Made by a program: the position numbers and the translations under genes | Source of the DNA: Octopus vulgaris | Taxonomy: Eukaryota | Length of the DNA: 64,000 nucleotides | Reading direction: 5' to 3' | NCBI GenBank assembly: GCA_951406725.2 | Contig: OX597829.1 | Coordinates: 39,246,001 to 39,310,000 of the forward strand | Shown here: positions 26,168 through 39,571 of the stretch, one piece after another | Position numbering within the stretch: the stretch's first letter is position 1 | How the letters are laid out: every line of letters starts with the position of its first letter | Notes under the pieces: model-generated | Told to the model about the DNA's origin: nothing | Database searches by the model: none | What the model saw: the letters and a program-made list of their open reading frames with translations, nothing else

Positions 26168-27089
26168 GTGGGGGAGCATCATAGCCATGTGTTGAGAGGG
26201 ATTCTTTGGGGTTTGAATAATTCACCTTTGGAAACATGGGTGTTTCATTCAATATCCTTAAACAACCCTTATTCAGGGACCTTTTGAGCAGGATGGGTTA
26301 CTTGACCAGAAGAAAATTCTAACTGAGCCCCACCTGCAAGGTCATGTGCTGTTTATCTTGATATGAGATCACCATGTCGCGCACATATGGTTGTGATGCA
26401 TGTGCCTGGTGTACCCTTATCATACGGGTAGTCATGATGGGTATACTGGGCTTTGTATATTTTACCCCAGTGTCACACTCAATAATAATAATAATAATAA
26501 TAAATGAGAAAAGAAACAAGCTTGAATTTAGAAATTTATAAAAAGTATAAATATTAGAAATATATTTTTCAGTCACACTGAATAGAAAAACAAAATGTAA
26601 ATAGTTACAATCACAATAATTTTAAACATTATTTACTCCTAGTAAGGAAACCAGTAATTAAATTAAGAGGCAACAGCAATGTCACTTGATAGGAAACTGA
26701 GACTCTGTGTATGTGTGTGTGTGCGCATGCAAACCATGTATAATATCAAAAGAATCAGACCTCAATATCATTGGAAATAGAGGACTAAATTTATTACATG
26801 ACACAGGTATAGAACACCTACACTCATGACTCTTAGGTTCTGTGAGCAATTCAATGTATTTAAAAGGCGGTGCTCCAGCATGGCCACAGTCAAATGACTG
26901 AAACAAGTAAAAGAGTAAAACAGAGTAAAGAGTATGTCTTTTGTTTAGTTTGAGGATACTATATATATATATATATAGTAAAACTGTCCGACAAATGAGA
27001 ACGTGAAACTCTGAGTAATAGATTTTGTTAAATTTCTGCTGCTTTGTGTACACTTTTTCCACCTTGTTTCACATTTATGTATTTACTCC

Positions 27090-27125
<36 letters not shown>

Positions 27126-27129
<4 letters not shown>

Positions 27130-27645
27130 GGTGGTGCATCCGGAATTTGCCTCCCTGAGCAGTTGCACATATTGCGCCTCGACTCCTTGCCTCTGCAGCG
27201 AGTTCAGCACTGCATTGGTTTCAACGCTGTCAAAGGCCTTCTCATAGTCTACAAACGCAACGCAAAGAGGCATCATGTACTAATTCGCTCGCTCAAGCAG
27301 TTGTGTTAGAATAAATATATGGTCCATCGTGCTGTAGTTTTTAATACACATATATGTCTTTTGTTTAATTTGAAGTCTGGCATGAGGGATGTCATCGCAG
27401 AATATACACGCAGCAAGTTTAGATGGGCTGGACATGTCACCTGGCTCACCGATAATCGGTGGACCTGCGCGAGAGGAAACGACCACTCGGAAGGCCTCCA
27501 TGAAGGTGGAGTTAAGATTTCAGGAGGACGATTGGGATCACGTGGATGAGAAAGGCATGATCCAGAGAGGAGTGGACAGCGTGCTGTGACCAGCGATGTC
27601 AAATGGACGCCCGACAGACTGGTTGGTCAAGGTGATCAAGGTGAT
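27126..27645. mobile_element. RTE-clade LINE (family 3) fragment with inversion
   Basis: Minus strand 27126-27345 carries RT motifs STMDHIF...FVDYEKAFDSV; plus strand 27372-27645 carries KFRWAGHV...DNRWT and a (caaggtgat) tail. Confidence 0.8.
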
Positions 27646-27844
27646 ATATATATAGACACACACATACACATAGTTTAAATTTAATTTTGTTTTATATATT
27701 TACGTTCAAAACCGTAACAGTGCTCGTAAAACTATATCAGAAGTGTGTAGAACTTGATATATGTTGATTTCTGTAAAGGAGAAAGTAATACCAGTTTTAA
27801 TTCACATAAATACATGCATAGACACACACACACACACACACATG

Positions 27845-27887
<43 letters not shown>

Positions 27888-29495
27888 ATCGGGTTGTCGT
27901 GTAAATTCATTTTCTTCCAGATAAATTTTATTTGAATGAACACAAAAAATATTTTTTGATTATAGTGTTTCATGCTGTTTTAAATAAATTTTACCTCTTT
28001 TCAGACACATGATGATTGAATGCCAAATAGAAAATAACAAAAAAAAAAAAACAACAAAAAGCAATCTAATTTATTTGATAATACAATACATACACATATA
28101 GGTAAGTATGTACGTATGTATGTATGAAAGTAAGTATACACACACACACACACACACACACAAAACAAATATGGCAATGGTAAAATTCTCCACCTTTATT
28201 AAGCTACATATAATGTATAATTTATTGGTAAAAACTGTAAGATAACAAAAGAAAGAAAGAGACCTCAATATTATGTAAATAGAGCAATTTGTCTGTAAAC
28301 GTAATATGTGACAATTATTTCCACAGCACAAAACTTAGGTCAAGTATCTTTTACCAAAGCCTTGTGAATAATATTGGGTAGATAGAAGCTGCAACAAGCC
28401 TGTTGTATGGATTGCATCCATTTTCAGGTGGTAGATTTATGCCATTGCTCTGCTTTATACCACCTTATGGATCTTGGATACCACTAACATATTCTGAGTT
28501 GCAAGCATTCAGGCCAGGTCTATAGTCCAGTGATAATTCATGAGTCATGGTTTCTTCCCCACCACCCTACCATGAATCTGGGGGACAAAGGTCAAAGACG
28601 AATGGCACTGCTATTCATCTTTGGCTTACCACACAGGCACAGTGGTTCCGGGTTCATTCCCACTGCGTGGCACCTTGGCCAAGTGTCTTCTACTATAGCC
28701 TCGGGCCGACCAAAGCCTTGTGAGTGGATTTGGTAGACGGAAACTGAAAGAAGCCCATCGTATATATGTATATATATATGTGTGTGTGTATATGTTTGTG
28801 TGTCTGTTTGTCCCCCCCAACATCGCTTGACAACCGATGGCGGTGTGTTTACGTCCCCGTAACTTAGCAGTTCGGCAAAAGAGACCGATAGAATAAGTAC
28901 TAGGCTTACAAAGAATAAGTCCTGGGGTCGATTTGCTCGACTAAAAGCAGTGATCCAGCATGGCCGCAGTCAAATGACTGAAACAAGTAAAAGAGTAAAA
29001 GAGTATACCTTAGTCAAAGTAATGCCAACTCTGCATAGCTGATGAAATATATCAGAATACCAGATTTTTGGATAAAAGTGTTGGAAAAAAATATGTCAAT
29101 ATGTTGCCACGAGAACAAATCGTACTTGATGACTTATAGTAGCGAAATAAATTTTTATTGATTTACAGGAAGTATGCAAACAACTCATACAACATACATA
29201 AGTGTACATATGCAATCATAATGCTATATGTCGTACTAAGAATTCAACGCAATCCCATAACACTTTCAACACACAAACCCACTATTGCTGAAAAAGTATT
29301 ATGCACTTTTTTTCAGTGGGAGTGTGAAATTCAGAAAAGAACGTTTATGTAGTTAGCTTGAAATTTAAGTATGTGGCTAGAGCCAATACCAAATTTGAAT
29401 CACCAAAGATATGTGAGTGTGTTTATGTATACACATAAGCATGCACTTAATATATATATATACTTTATTTAAAAGCAGCAGAAATTTAACAAAAG

Positions 29496-29533
29496 CTGTT
29501 ACTCAGAGTTTCACGTTCCCGTTCGTCAGACAG
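29496..29533 (-). ncRNA. Minimal type-I hammerhead ribozyme motif (best-preserved copy of its family)
   Basis: ctgt-CTGACGA-acg(GGAA)cgt-GAA-ACTCTGAGT-A-acag: all core nucleotides and stems intact. Confidence 0.8.
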
Positions 29534-29623
29534 TTTTGTTATTTTAAATAAAGCATATTACTCTAACTCTGGTATTTGAGAATTCTTTTTTCCACCTTGT
29601 TTCACATTTATGTGTTTACTCCA

Positions 29624-29709
<86 letters not shown>

Positions 29710-30559
29710 TGTTTATTGTTTACTTATTTCAGTTACTGAACTGTGGCCATGCTGGGGCACAGCTTTAAGTATGTGTGTATAAACAGAATGCATTCTAAAA
29801 TATCCAGATAGCAAAAACTGGCCAAAATCTATCAAAGGTTATACATATGATATTTCTCTATGTAAGTTTGTGTGTGTGTATGTGTATGTATGCATATACA
29901 CACACATACATATATATGAAAGATATTTTATCCATCAAACTTTGCAATGATTTAGCAGTTGTCTATGCAGAGAGAAAAATACAAATAAAAATTATAATTT
30001 ACCATGATTGAGGTGAGGTTGTTGAATTATCAAATTAAATTATCAAAAAATAATAAATAAAATAAAACAATAAAATACAAGAGACCATATGTTGGAGTTA
30101 ACAGGGAGATGAAATCCACATCAGCAAGATTTGAATTTATCATATTAATTTTAGAATACAACAATAAATCCTGATGAAACTTTTAAAGCAAGTTAAGCAT
30201 CATTTTCAAAGTAGAGTGGCAAATGTGGATTGTCAAGCAGTGCTTACAATAGAAAGGACGGGTAAGATAGAATAGAAGAGGTGGTTAAGAAGCTCGATGT
30301 GATGAATTAATGACTTTACAAAGACCAGACAAAAAGATGATGAAGCTAACAGCTGTCGAAAGAAATAGTATTGTTGATTCAATCTAGTTGTAAGGGGAAA
30401 AGCAGTGGTTCCCAGATTAAGGAGTTCAGAATTGCAGAGGCAATAGACAGAGAGACACAGGAAAGATTAAGCTCTTTGGTAAGGACTTGGAAGTAGTAGT
30501 AGAAGAAATTACAGTGAGTAAAAGAGAATTTTAACTAAGATGATAGGAAATTATAATTT

Positions 30560-31950
30560 TACATGGTGAGGAAAGGTCCTATGAAATTTGTCTGCAAGTA
30601 AAGATTATGTAAGAGAATCAGTTATGTAAACAGGTCTCATTTTGGTGTAATATAATGATTCCTGATAACATAGTTTACAAATGTGATGATTTGCATTATA
30701 GGGGGTTCCGCCACAAATTATAGCCCAGGATACAGTATAAGGTGTATATTGGGTTGAGGCAATGTATATAGGTGGCTAAGGAAGTAAATTGTTTAGAAGC
30801 CCTATGTGAGAAGGAGGCTCGGTGAGCATGGTAGTATCGTATGAAGTTAATTGTACTCCCAATGTAGAACCTAGCCTGGTGGGGATGTGGAATTGTAACT
30901 ATACATTTATATACAACATTATAGCATAAGCAATTCCCCTTTAAAGGACAGAGTTGGGAAACTTGGACATTACAGGTTTTCTTACTGCTAGTAGGTTGGT
31001 GTTCACCATATATCCTGTCATGGCTATTATTATTATTATTATTATTATTATTTATCCTTCAGGTAGAAACAAGGGAATTAGTGTTACTACCATTAAGGTG
31101 GAAAGGGTATTTACGATCAGGGAGAGGTAAGAAGAGATGATAATTGCTAGTAGGCGGGTCTAATCCATAACACTTGTGGATGTTATTTATTTCAGAGTTG
31201 AGGCTATTCATACAAGGAAAAATCTGTATTTTGAAAGTCAGTAGAGGAATCTACCATATTAGAAGTATTGCTAGATAATGTAGTTGTCATCATCATCATC
31301 ATTGTTCGACCGTGGTCGAGACAATGGAATTTACCATGTTGCGCCAGACTTCACGGTCCATCATAGCATTACGGAGGTCCTGTTGTAGTTGTGTAGGGTG
31401 TGTTGACATCGAGTGTGGGTTCAAATTATCTTTAGTAATATAAGAGTAATATAAGGGGATGATGTATATTATGCATTTACTAATGCACCTCAGAACAGAT
31501 TTAGTATGGCAAATAAGCCTAAAAAAAGGTTTAATAGAGAAATCTGGCTTATGGTCTTTCAGAGTGAAGCATGTGTGTGTGTGTGGATAGGGGACAGTGA
31601 GTCAAGAGGTTTGAGGTTCAGATTGATCATATAATCCATGATTGCTAATCAACTTGAGTGTTGGTCATTGATATTTTTCAGAACATTCTGGTTAGCATGT
31701 TATTTAGTCATATTCAAGAATTTCATATCCTTGATCATTTGTAGAAAATCTGTTTCAAATTTATCCAGTGAGGGGATACAAAGTGGGTTCTTGTCAGTTT
31801 TTAAAGTAATTCTTATCCTTGGAGATGTGAGAAGGGTTCTATTTGTTGCCATAGGCGACCCCACCCTTTCTATTTTACCATTTTGCTCTGCTTCCTCCAA
31901 CAATTTCTTAGTTCCCTCTTTAAATCCTTATATTTGTAAACCCTGCTAGA
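30560..31950 (-). mobile_element. Highly degenerate Penelope-like element (Naiad/Neptune-type)
   Basis: Fragments LDKFETDFLQMIKDMKF, LKDHKPDF...FRLI, CN......CPLKGNCLCYNVVYKC and FYIGST....YHAHRASF (GIY-YIG region), then ICKLC; many stops and deletions. Confidence 0.7.
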
Positions 31951-33053
31951 TAATTAGCAATTGCCAGTCTGCTCTTGAAAAGGGACTTCAATGATTTCTT
32001 CATGATGTCATAGCATAAGTGTTAGGTTCAGCACAGCTATGACATTATGTTATATATTACTTATGAACATGGGTTTTTAAATAAGTCTTCTCGAAACAGC
32101 AGTCGTGATAAGACTTTACATAATTCTTCTGTTTCCTTTTACTTTATTCTGCAATCTCTGTTCTGTACTCCATGTAAATATACATCTCAAGCCTAACTGC
32201 ATTTCTCTACTTCACTACCTCTTTCTGTCTGCCTGTCTCTCTCTTCCTGTATATTAGTGCCTATAGTTACTTCCATACAAGAGTATTTGGACGCAATGAA
32301 CTTCAAAGTACGTTCATCATATACAGTGAAATATAGTACAGAATTAACTGCAGGCATTAAGCCATACAAGCACAACAACAACTTTCCAGATTTTAACGGC
32401 CTGGAACTGTTTATAATCCACACTAATTCACAGGCAGGATTTCAAACTCCTGTGCATCTCCTGAATAGATTACTGGTACCTTGCACTGTACAGTATTAAT
32501 AAGCTTGTATTGTTTATACTAATGTACAGGTACATGTATTTTATCTAATTCATCATCATCATCATCTTCATTGTTTAACGTCTGCTTTCCATGCTGGCAT
32601 GGGTTGGATGGCTCGACATGGAGCTGTCCAAACTCCAACTGTTTGTTGTGGCATGGTTTCTACAGCTGGATGTTGTTCCTAACACCGCTTAATCACTTAA
32701 AGGAATTTAATATTTGTTTAATTTTTCGACGAAAGCAACTGCCTCTGATTTATAAAAAAAAAATCATTAAGCTAGGAAGACTTTAGAACTGAAGCATCCA
32801 GAAAAAAAATCGATTTTTATACTTGTATATGTGTGTGTGTGTGTGTGTGTGTATACATGCACACACACACACATATATATATATAATAATAACCATTTCT
32901 ACTGGAAGTAAAAAACTTCAAATCTGTGGGGAGGGGACTAGTTGATTACATCAACTCCAGTGTTTCACTGGTACTTAATTTATCGACCCTGAAAGGATGA
33001 AAGGCAAAGGTGACCTCGCCCTGGCATGCTAACAAATCTGCCAGCACAACGCC

Positions 33054-33088
<35 letters not shown>

Positions 33089-33557
33089 CTATGAGTAGAA
33101 TTTATAGATATTTCAATCAATCACTATGCACATTTCCACAAATCACATGTTTCTTATGATAATAGTCTGTATTCCAGGGATGATTACTGCATTGTAATCA
33201 TTCAGGTAATAAGGACTACGATTGTAAGAAACACGCATTAAAATATTTATGCTACATTATATCGGCACAGCTCACTACAACCCCATAAAACTGCCATTGC
33301 CAGTTGGTATCATTAGGTTGTAGCTGACATAATAGAATAAGAGTTTTTATATGTGTACTAAAAAATGTTTCCTGTAAACGAACTTAAAGGCTACATATAT
33401 ACTCCAACCCATGCCAGTATGGAGGGCAGATGTTAAATGATGACAATGATGATATATACATACATACATATATATATATATACATATATATATACGTACA
33501 TATATATATATATATATAAACATATATAAACACATACATATTCATGCATATACACAT

Positions 33558-33608
<51 letters not shown>

Positions 33609-33721
33609 CACACATACATACACCATACCTACTAGACTGTTTGATAGTATGTACTGAGTACATTGAAGCCTGATGTACAAAAAATAAAGTATAATATACA
33701 AAAAGCAGTGTTTAATCACAC

Positions 33722-33770
<49 letters not shown>

Positions 33771-33899
33771 ATATATTTGCATATATTTTTATATATATAA
33801 ATATACACGTCTGTGAAATCAATCTTTAATCATTCTGCAAGAATATATCAATATATCGCAATATACATATATATATATATCCAAATTTGTCAATATATA

Positions 33900-33938
<39 letters not shown>

Positions 33939-34023
33939 ACCAAATGTGACAATATTTACAAAATCTTGTATCACACCCACTTACTTTAACAACCACATTT
34001 TGCAACAATTTAAAGCAGAAATT

Positions 34024-34029
34024 TTTATT
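34024..34029 (-). promoter_or_regulatory. Candidate polyadenylation signal (AATAAA) of SRA1
   Basis: AATAAA about 117 nt downstream of the stop, followed on the minus strand by GU-rich ttgttgc...tgtggttgtt. The AT-rich context makes chance hits common. Confidence 0.4.
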
Positions 34030-34145
34030 TTAAATAAAAAAAAGTTTAGAAACAAATTTTAACCCCCAAAAACTGAAACCCCTCATTCACTCTAAAGGTA
34101 TAAAATACCAAATGTGAAAATTGATTAGTGTAAAATTTAGCTTAG

Positions 34146-34400
34146 CTATGATTCTTCAGACTGTTCATCATTATTAGAAACACTTTCCTCCTCTTCATTC
34201 TCTTCTGTTGCTTTTTCATTTGCATTTTCAACTGGACTTGTTTTTGTATCAGTACAATCGGAAGCAAAGTCTCCTACATTGCAGAGTGGAATATCATTTT
34301 TGTCTCCTTTAGAGGCATCTTCCAGTTTTTGGTTCAATGATGCTTGAAACTTCATAGCATGTTGTATCACTCTTTTTATTCCAACCATCCATTGGTTTAC
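34146..34400 (-). CDS. SRA1: SRA1-like terminal coding exon 6: VNQWMVGIKRVI... plus acidic tail, TAG stop
   Basis: Acceptor tttgtatctacag|GT, phase 0; QWMVGIKR matches the conserved SRAP QWMVGVKR motif; 255 bp including the stop. Confidence 0.93.
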   Translation of the reverse strand, partial: VNQWMVGIKRVIQHAMKFQASLNQKLEDASKGDKNDIPLCNVGDFASDCTDTKTSPVENANEKATEENEEEESVSNNDEQSEES

Positions 34401-35334
34401 CTGTAGATACAAATAGCGATTCAATATTTTGAAATATGGTTTTAAAAACTTTTGTTAAAATTATGATATATTTTCATAAAATGTATTTAAAAAAACAACA
34501 TACAATATGATTAATACAAGTAATTACGTGAAATATAACAAAATACAAAAAATTTTTAGAATATAAGGTAAAATTTATGTCTTGTATTGTTGAATATTTT
34601 CCTTTATTGTTTTAGTTTAAGAGCAGGAGGGAGGGATTATATAGATTACATTGACGCCAGTACTAATTTTATTGATCCCAAAAGGATGAAAAGCAGAGTC
34701 AACCAGGCAGAATTTGAACTCAGAACATTGAAGATTGAATAAAATGCTGCTCTGTGCTTTGTGTCTGATGTGTTAATAACACTTCTGTCAGCTCACCGCG
34801 TTGGTGTAAGTAATAATAGAAATATTTTAATCTTTACTGTTATAGCCCGTCTTTGAGAATGGACAATCTAATATCAGGTCTCAAATGGCCTTTGTTTAGA
34901 AAAACAATCTGTTGTTAGTCTGGCATCTTGATAAACATATCCTGTTCCACTTAATGATGATTTAAACAATGAGTTAGCTGAAGGTGTCCACACGTATAAG
35001 ACATACTTCTTCTCTCTTATTTGGTAGTTCCTTTATTTCCATATTGAACAAAGCAGGCTAGAAACAGGATGTTGAATTTGATGATTTAATGATTGTCATC
35101 CAAATAATTTTATCCTACTTATACCATTACACAGTTTTTAATGTCAGCAAAGGCACAGGCTTGCCTGTGTAATAAAAAAAAAAAAAAAACATTGCTTCCC
35201 AACTAGGAGATTTCAGGTTCAGTCCCACTGCATGGCAATTTGAGCTTCTGCTACAGTCCTGAGCCAGGCAAAGCCTTGTGAGTGGGTCTGGTAGACAGAA
35301 ACTGAAAGAATCTTGTTTTGTGAGTGTGCGCACA

Positions 35335-35369
<35 letters not shown>

Positions 35370-36684
35370 TTCTTTACTACCCACAAGGGGCTAAACATAG
35401 AGGGGACAAACAAGGACAGATACATGGATTAAGTCGATTACATCGACCCAGTGTGAAACTGGTATGACAGATCTGGCCTAATATTAGCAGATGGACGATA
35501 GTGCCTAATGTAATGTATGAGTGCATTTGGTTCTCTCTTGTAATAGTCTGACTACTTGTCCTTGTCCTTTATTCCTATCCTTGTATTGTCTCTGTAAACC
35601 TGTACAAATCAGAACAAAATCTGATTAGACAGATGGGTGGTGATGTCATCACTGAAATCCAAGCAAAATGTTTATATGTAATTTTATTGATCAGATCTTT
35701 ACTGTGTCATTACTCAATCTCCCAAAGTTCCAGCTGATGTTTCTAATTGAAAGCAACAGGTCTCATGTTCAAATCAATGTATAGACTTGCTACGTCCACT
35801 AGATCAAGTGACAACGAGGATTTAATCTATAATTATCAACAGAATGTGTAAATATTAATGAAAAGAAGTTACAAAAGAAAATAATGAAATAAGAAGCAAA
35901 CACTACACTGCACATAAAATTTTTCAAGGGAAATGAAAAATGATATATTTAAGCATCTGTTTAAAAGTTTACAGAACAAAGTTTTCATTCACCAAAGACT
36001 ACATTTTTTTTTCTTTCTTTTGAACTTTACTGGTTTATTTATGTGAATTAACTATAATCATTGCTATAATTAATTTAGTCATTAACTAATATAAAAAAAA
36101 GCATTAGCAACAAAAAAAAGTTTTGTTACTATCAATTATAAAATCAAGTTGTTATATTCCACCACTGCCACCATCATCATCAAAACTGAGATATTATTTA
36201 AATTCAGAAAGGGCAAAATAAAAAAGTATTAGGTAGTCAGGGAAGGGTGGGAGGAATAAAAAAAAAAAAAGTAAAACCTCATTAGCAGAGTGGAAATCAA
36301 TCAATTAAAAAAAATCTGCCAGTCTTAAAATATTAATTAATAACTTGTAATGTAAATGATTTCAGATATGGCCACATATGTTGGAGAGGAATGCAGCTGA
36401 TTAAAAAAAAAAAAAAAAAAAAAAAAAGGCCCTGGGAGAAATGAAAATCAAAGTAAATTTGAGCAGGATTGTCACTGTTTTAATATCCACTTTTCCATAC
36501 TTGCATCATGAGCTGGACAGTTTATTGAGGGAAATTTTCTACAACCAGATACCATTCCTATCACTAATCCTCATCTGTTTCCAAACAAGGTAATATTTCC
36601 CCATGACCAGACATGTTTCTGCAGAACATTGGAAATGAATAACACTGCTCGAATGATAGTAACACTCATTCACAAATTATCTCA

Positions 36685-36736
<52 letters not shown>

Positions 36737-36756
36737 ATATATATATGTATATATAT

Positions 36757-37253
36757 ACGTAAAGTATACTAGCCATCTCAATATGGCTAACCACTAAGGG
36801 TGGGTGTTACTGTAGCTTTTAGCCCCAGGAGATCATCATCTCCAGCTGGCTTTAGGCACACTTTCTGTGCCCTTATGATATTTGCAAAGGGAGGTCATCA
36901 CTCTCTTGTAAACATAAGTGATAAGCACGGACTGTAGTTTCGAGGTATTTGCCTCTTGTCAACGTGTGGTAATCACCGGTTTTCGATGAAGAGAGACCTG
37001 TTTGCAATTATCTATTTAATGTTTTTCCAGTAACTACTGTCACTGATTTCGAAAAACTGTCTGAAAGCAATAATAAATCTCTGAACGAGATGTAAACAGT
37101 AACCGCTTGGCAACGTAAAGTATACTAGCCATCTCAATATGGCTAACCACTAAGGGTGGGTGTTACTCTAGCTTTTAGCCCCAGGAGATCATTATCTCCA
37201 GCTGGCTTTGTCGAGCGGTTACTGTTTACATCTCGTCCAGAGATTTATTATTG

Positions 37254-37257
<4 letters not shown>
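36757..37257 (-). mobile_element. Retrozyme/PLE-like non-coding element: 356-bp unit, 97-bp direct repeat and 50-bp inverted end
   Basis: 36757-36853 matches 37113-37209 (2 mismatches); 37064-37113 is inverted at 37208-37257; (TA)n on both sides; contains a hammerhead. Confidence 0.75.
36926..36966 (-). ncRNA. Type-I hammerhead motif, U3-A8 variant
   Basis: cacg-TTGACAA-gagg(caaata)cctc-GAA-ACTACAGT-C-cgtg; all three stems pair; GUC triplet. Confidence 0.7.
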
Positions 37258-37305
<48 letters not shown>

Positions 37306-37464
37306 TCATCATCATCATCATCATCGTTTAACGTCCGCTTTCCATGCTAGCATGGGTTGGACGGTTCAACTGGGGTCTGGCAAGCTCGAAGGCTGCACCA
37401 GGCCAGTCAGATCTGGCAGTGTTTCTACAGCTGGATGCTCTTCCTAACGCCAACCACTCCGAGA

Positions 37465-37543
<79 letters not shown>

Positions 37544-37556
37544 CACACACACAAGT

Positions 37557-38404
37557 TCTGATCAATAAAAATCCAGACTGTTGCCATAGCAATGACGCTA
37601 AAGCATGCAGAGGGAAGTCGCTTGGCAAATATTAACCTTAAACTCTACTGTGCATGTGCACTAAGTTTTAATGTTCTAGCTCACTTCAGCAGTGCTTGGA
37701 AGGAACATGTGTAGCATGTGATTGTCTCATTAATCATGACAGAGAAAGTTGTCATGTTGATACTTGCTCAGACGTCTATGCAAAGTTGCAGAAAGTGTAT
37801 GAGCCGCATGCAAGTGTATGAATAGTTCATATGTTTCCAAGGTGGTCAAAAAATTGTCGATATTGATGAATGTTCTGGGAGACCTGCAACCAGCAGAACT
37901 GAGAATAACATTGCAGATATACATGCAGCTGTGAGGGGAAATTGTCAAATCACCATCCGTGAGTTATCAGAGTGCAGATTAGTTACAGATCAATTCAATC
38001 TATTATCACTGAAGATTTGGGTATGAGCCGCATGTCTGCCAAGATTGTGCCAAATCTGCTTTCAACTGATCAAATAGACACTCCGGCTTCAGTTGCAAAA
38101 GATCTTCTTGATAGTGTCAAGAACAATGAAAACTTTGCGTGGACCTCTGAGGAGGTTTTGCCAAGCTTTTGGCAAAATTTGATGCAGATTCTCTGCCCAA
38201 CTTTCTCTGTCATGGTCAATGCGACGATCACATGCTACACACCTTCCTTCCAAGCACTGCTGTAAACAGCGGAAGTGAGCTAGAACGTTAGAATTTAATA
38301 CACATGCATAGCAGAATTCAAGGTCAATCTGTGCCATGCAGCTTCACTCTGCATATTTTAGCTTCGTTACTATAGCAACAATCCGGATACTTATTGATCA
38401 GACC
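37557..38404. mobile_element. Mariner-derived fold-back element with long (about 190 bp) imperfect inverted repeats
   Basis: ggtctgatcaataa...-like termini on both ends; internal IITEDLGMSRMSAKIVPNLL; the right arm carries the inverted N-terminus QRICIKFCQKLG. Confidence 0.75.
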
Positions 38405-38845
38405 ACACACACACCTTTTAAATTTGTTTACAGGAGACATTTTGAATATGCAAATAAAGCTCCTATTTCATTTTGCTGGCCACAATCTAATGATGCTGAC
38501 AGGTGGACCAATTTTGGGGATTGCACTGAGCTGTACCAATATAATTTAGAATAATAATAATCCTTGGCTGGAATTTTAAAATATTTTAATGCATCGCTAC
38601 ATGTGTTTCCATAAATCACACGTCTCTTAAGATCACAGTCCGTACTCCTGGGATGATTACAGTGTAGTCTGTAGTGTCCACAAAGATGATCTATCCGATG
38701 CCTGCAAGTACTATGGACCATACTGTAATCATCTCAGGAAAACAGACTGTAATCTTAAGACACATGTGATTTGTGGAAATGAATGTAGCAATGCATTAAA
38801 CGTTTATAAAGTCGATCCAAGGATACTTGTTATTATTACTGTATA

Positions 38846-38876
<31 letters not shown>

Positions 38877-39361
38877 TTTGGATGTGTGTAAGAAGCTTAC
38901 TTCCTAACAACATGGTTCCAGGTTCAGTCCCATGAATATATATTGTGGATGTATGGTAAGAGGCTTGCTTCCCAACCACATGGTTCTGGGTTCAGTTCCA
39001 TTGCATGGAACCTTGGGAAAGTGTCATCTACGATAGTCTTGGATCGACCAAAGAGTTGTGAATAGATTTGGTAGACAGAAACTGAAAGAAGCCTATCATG
39101 TATGTATGTATATATATATATACACACACACATATATATACATGTGTGTGTCTTTGTGTTAGTGTTTTTCCCCCATCACCACTTGACAACCAGTGTTGGT
39201 GTGTTTACGTCCTCATAACTTAGCAGTTTGACAATAGAGACTGATAGAGTATATACCAGGCTTAAAAAAAACATAAGTCCTGGGGTTAATTTGTTCTATT
39301 AAAAACCCTTCAAGATGGCCACAGTCAAGATGGCCACAGTCAAGTAACTGAAACAAAATAT

Positions 39362-39405
<44 letters not shown>

Positions 39406-39421
39406 TATGTAATTATCTTAC

Positions 39422-39492
39422 CTCAGCAGTATGATCAATCATTAATGTCAAATGAATTTCATTTGCAATATCATAATGACCTTTCTCAAGAG
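39422..39492 (-). CDS. SRA1: SRA1-like exon 5: (A)LEKGHYDIANEIHLTLMIDHTAE
   Basis: Acceptor tttaatactttgcag|CT, donor GAG|gtaaga; 71 bp, phase 1 to 0. Matches human [24 protein letters not shown] (from memory). Missing from the ORF track. Confidence 0.92.
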
Positions 39493-39531
39493 CTGCAAAG
39501 TATTAAAAAAAAACAAGAAAAAAAAGAATTA

Positions 39532-39571
<40 letters not shown>

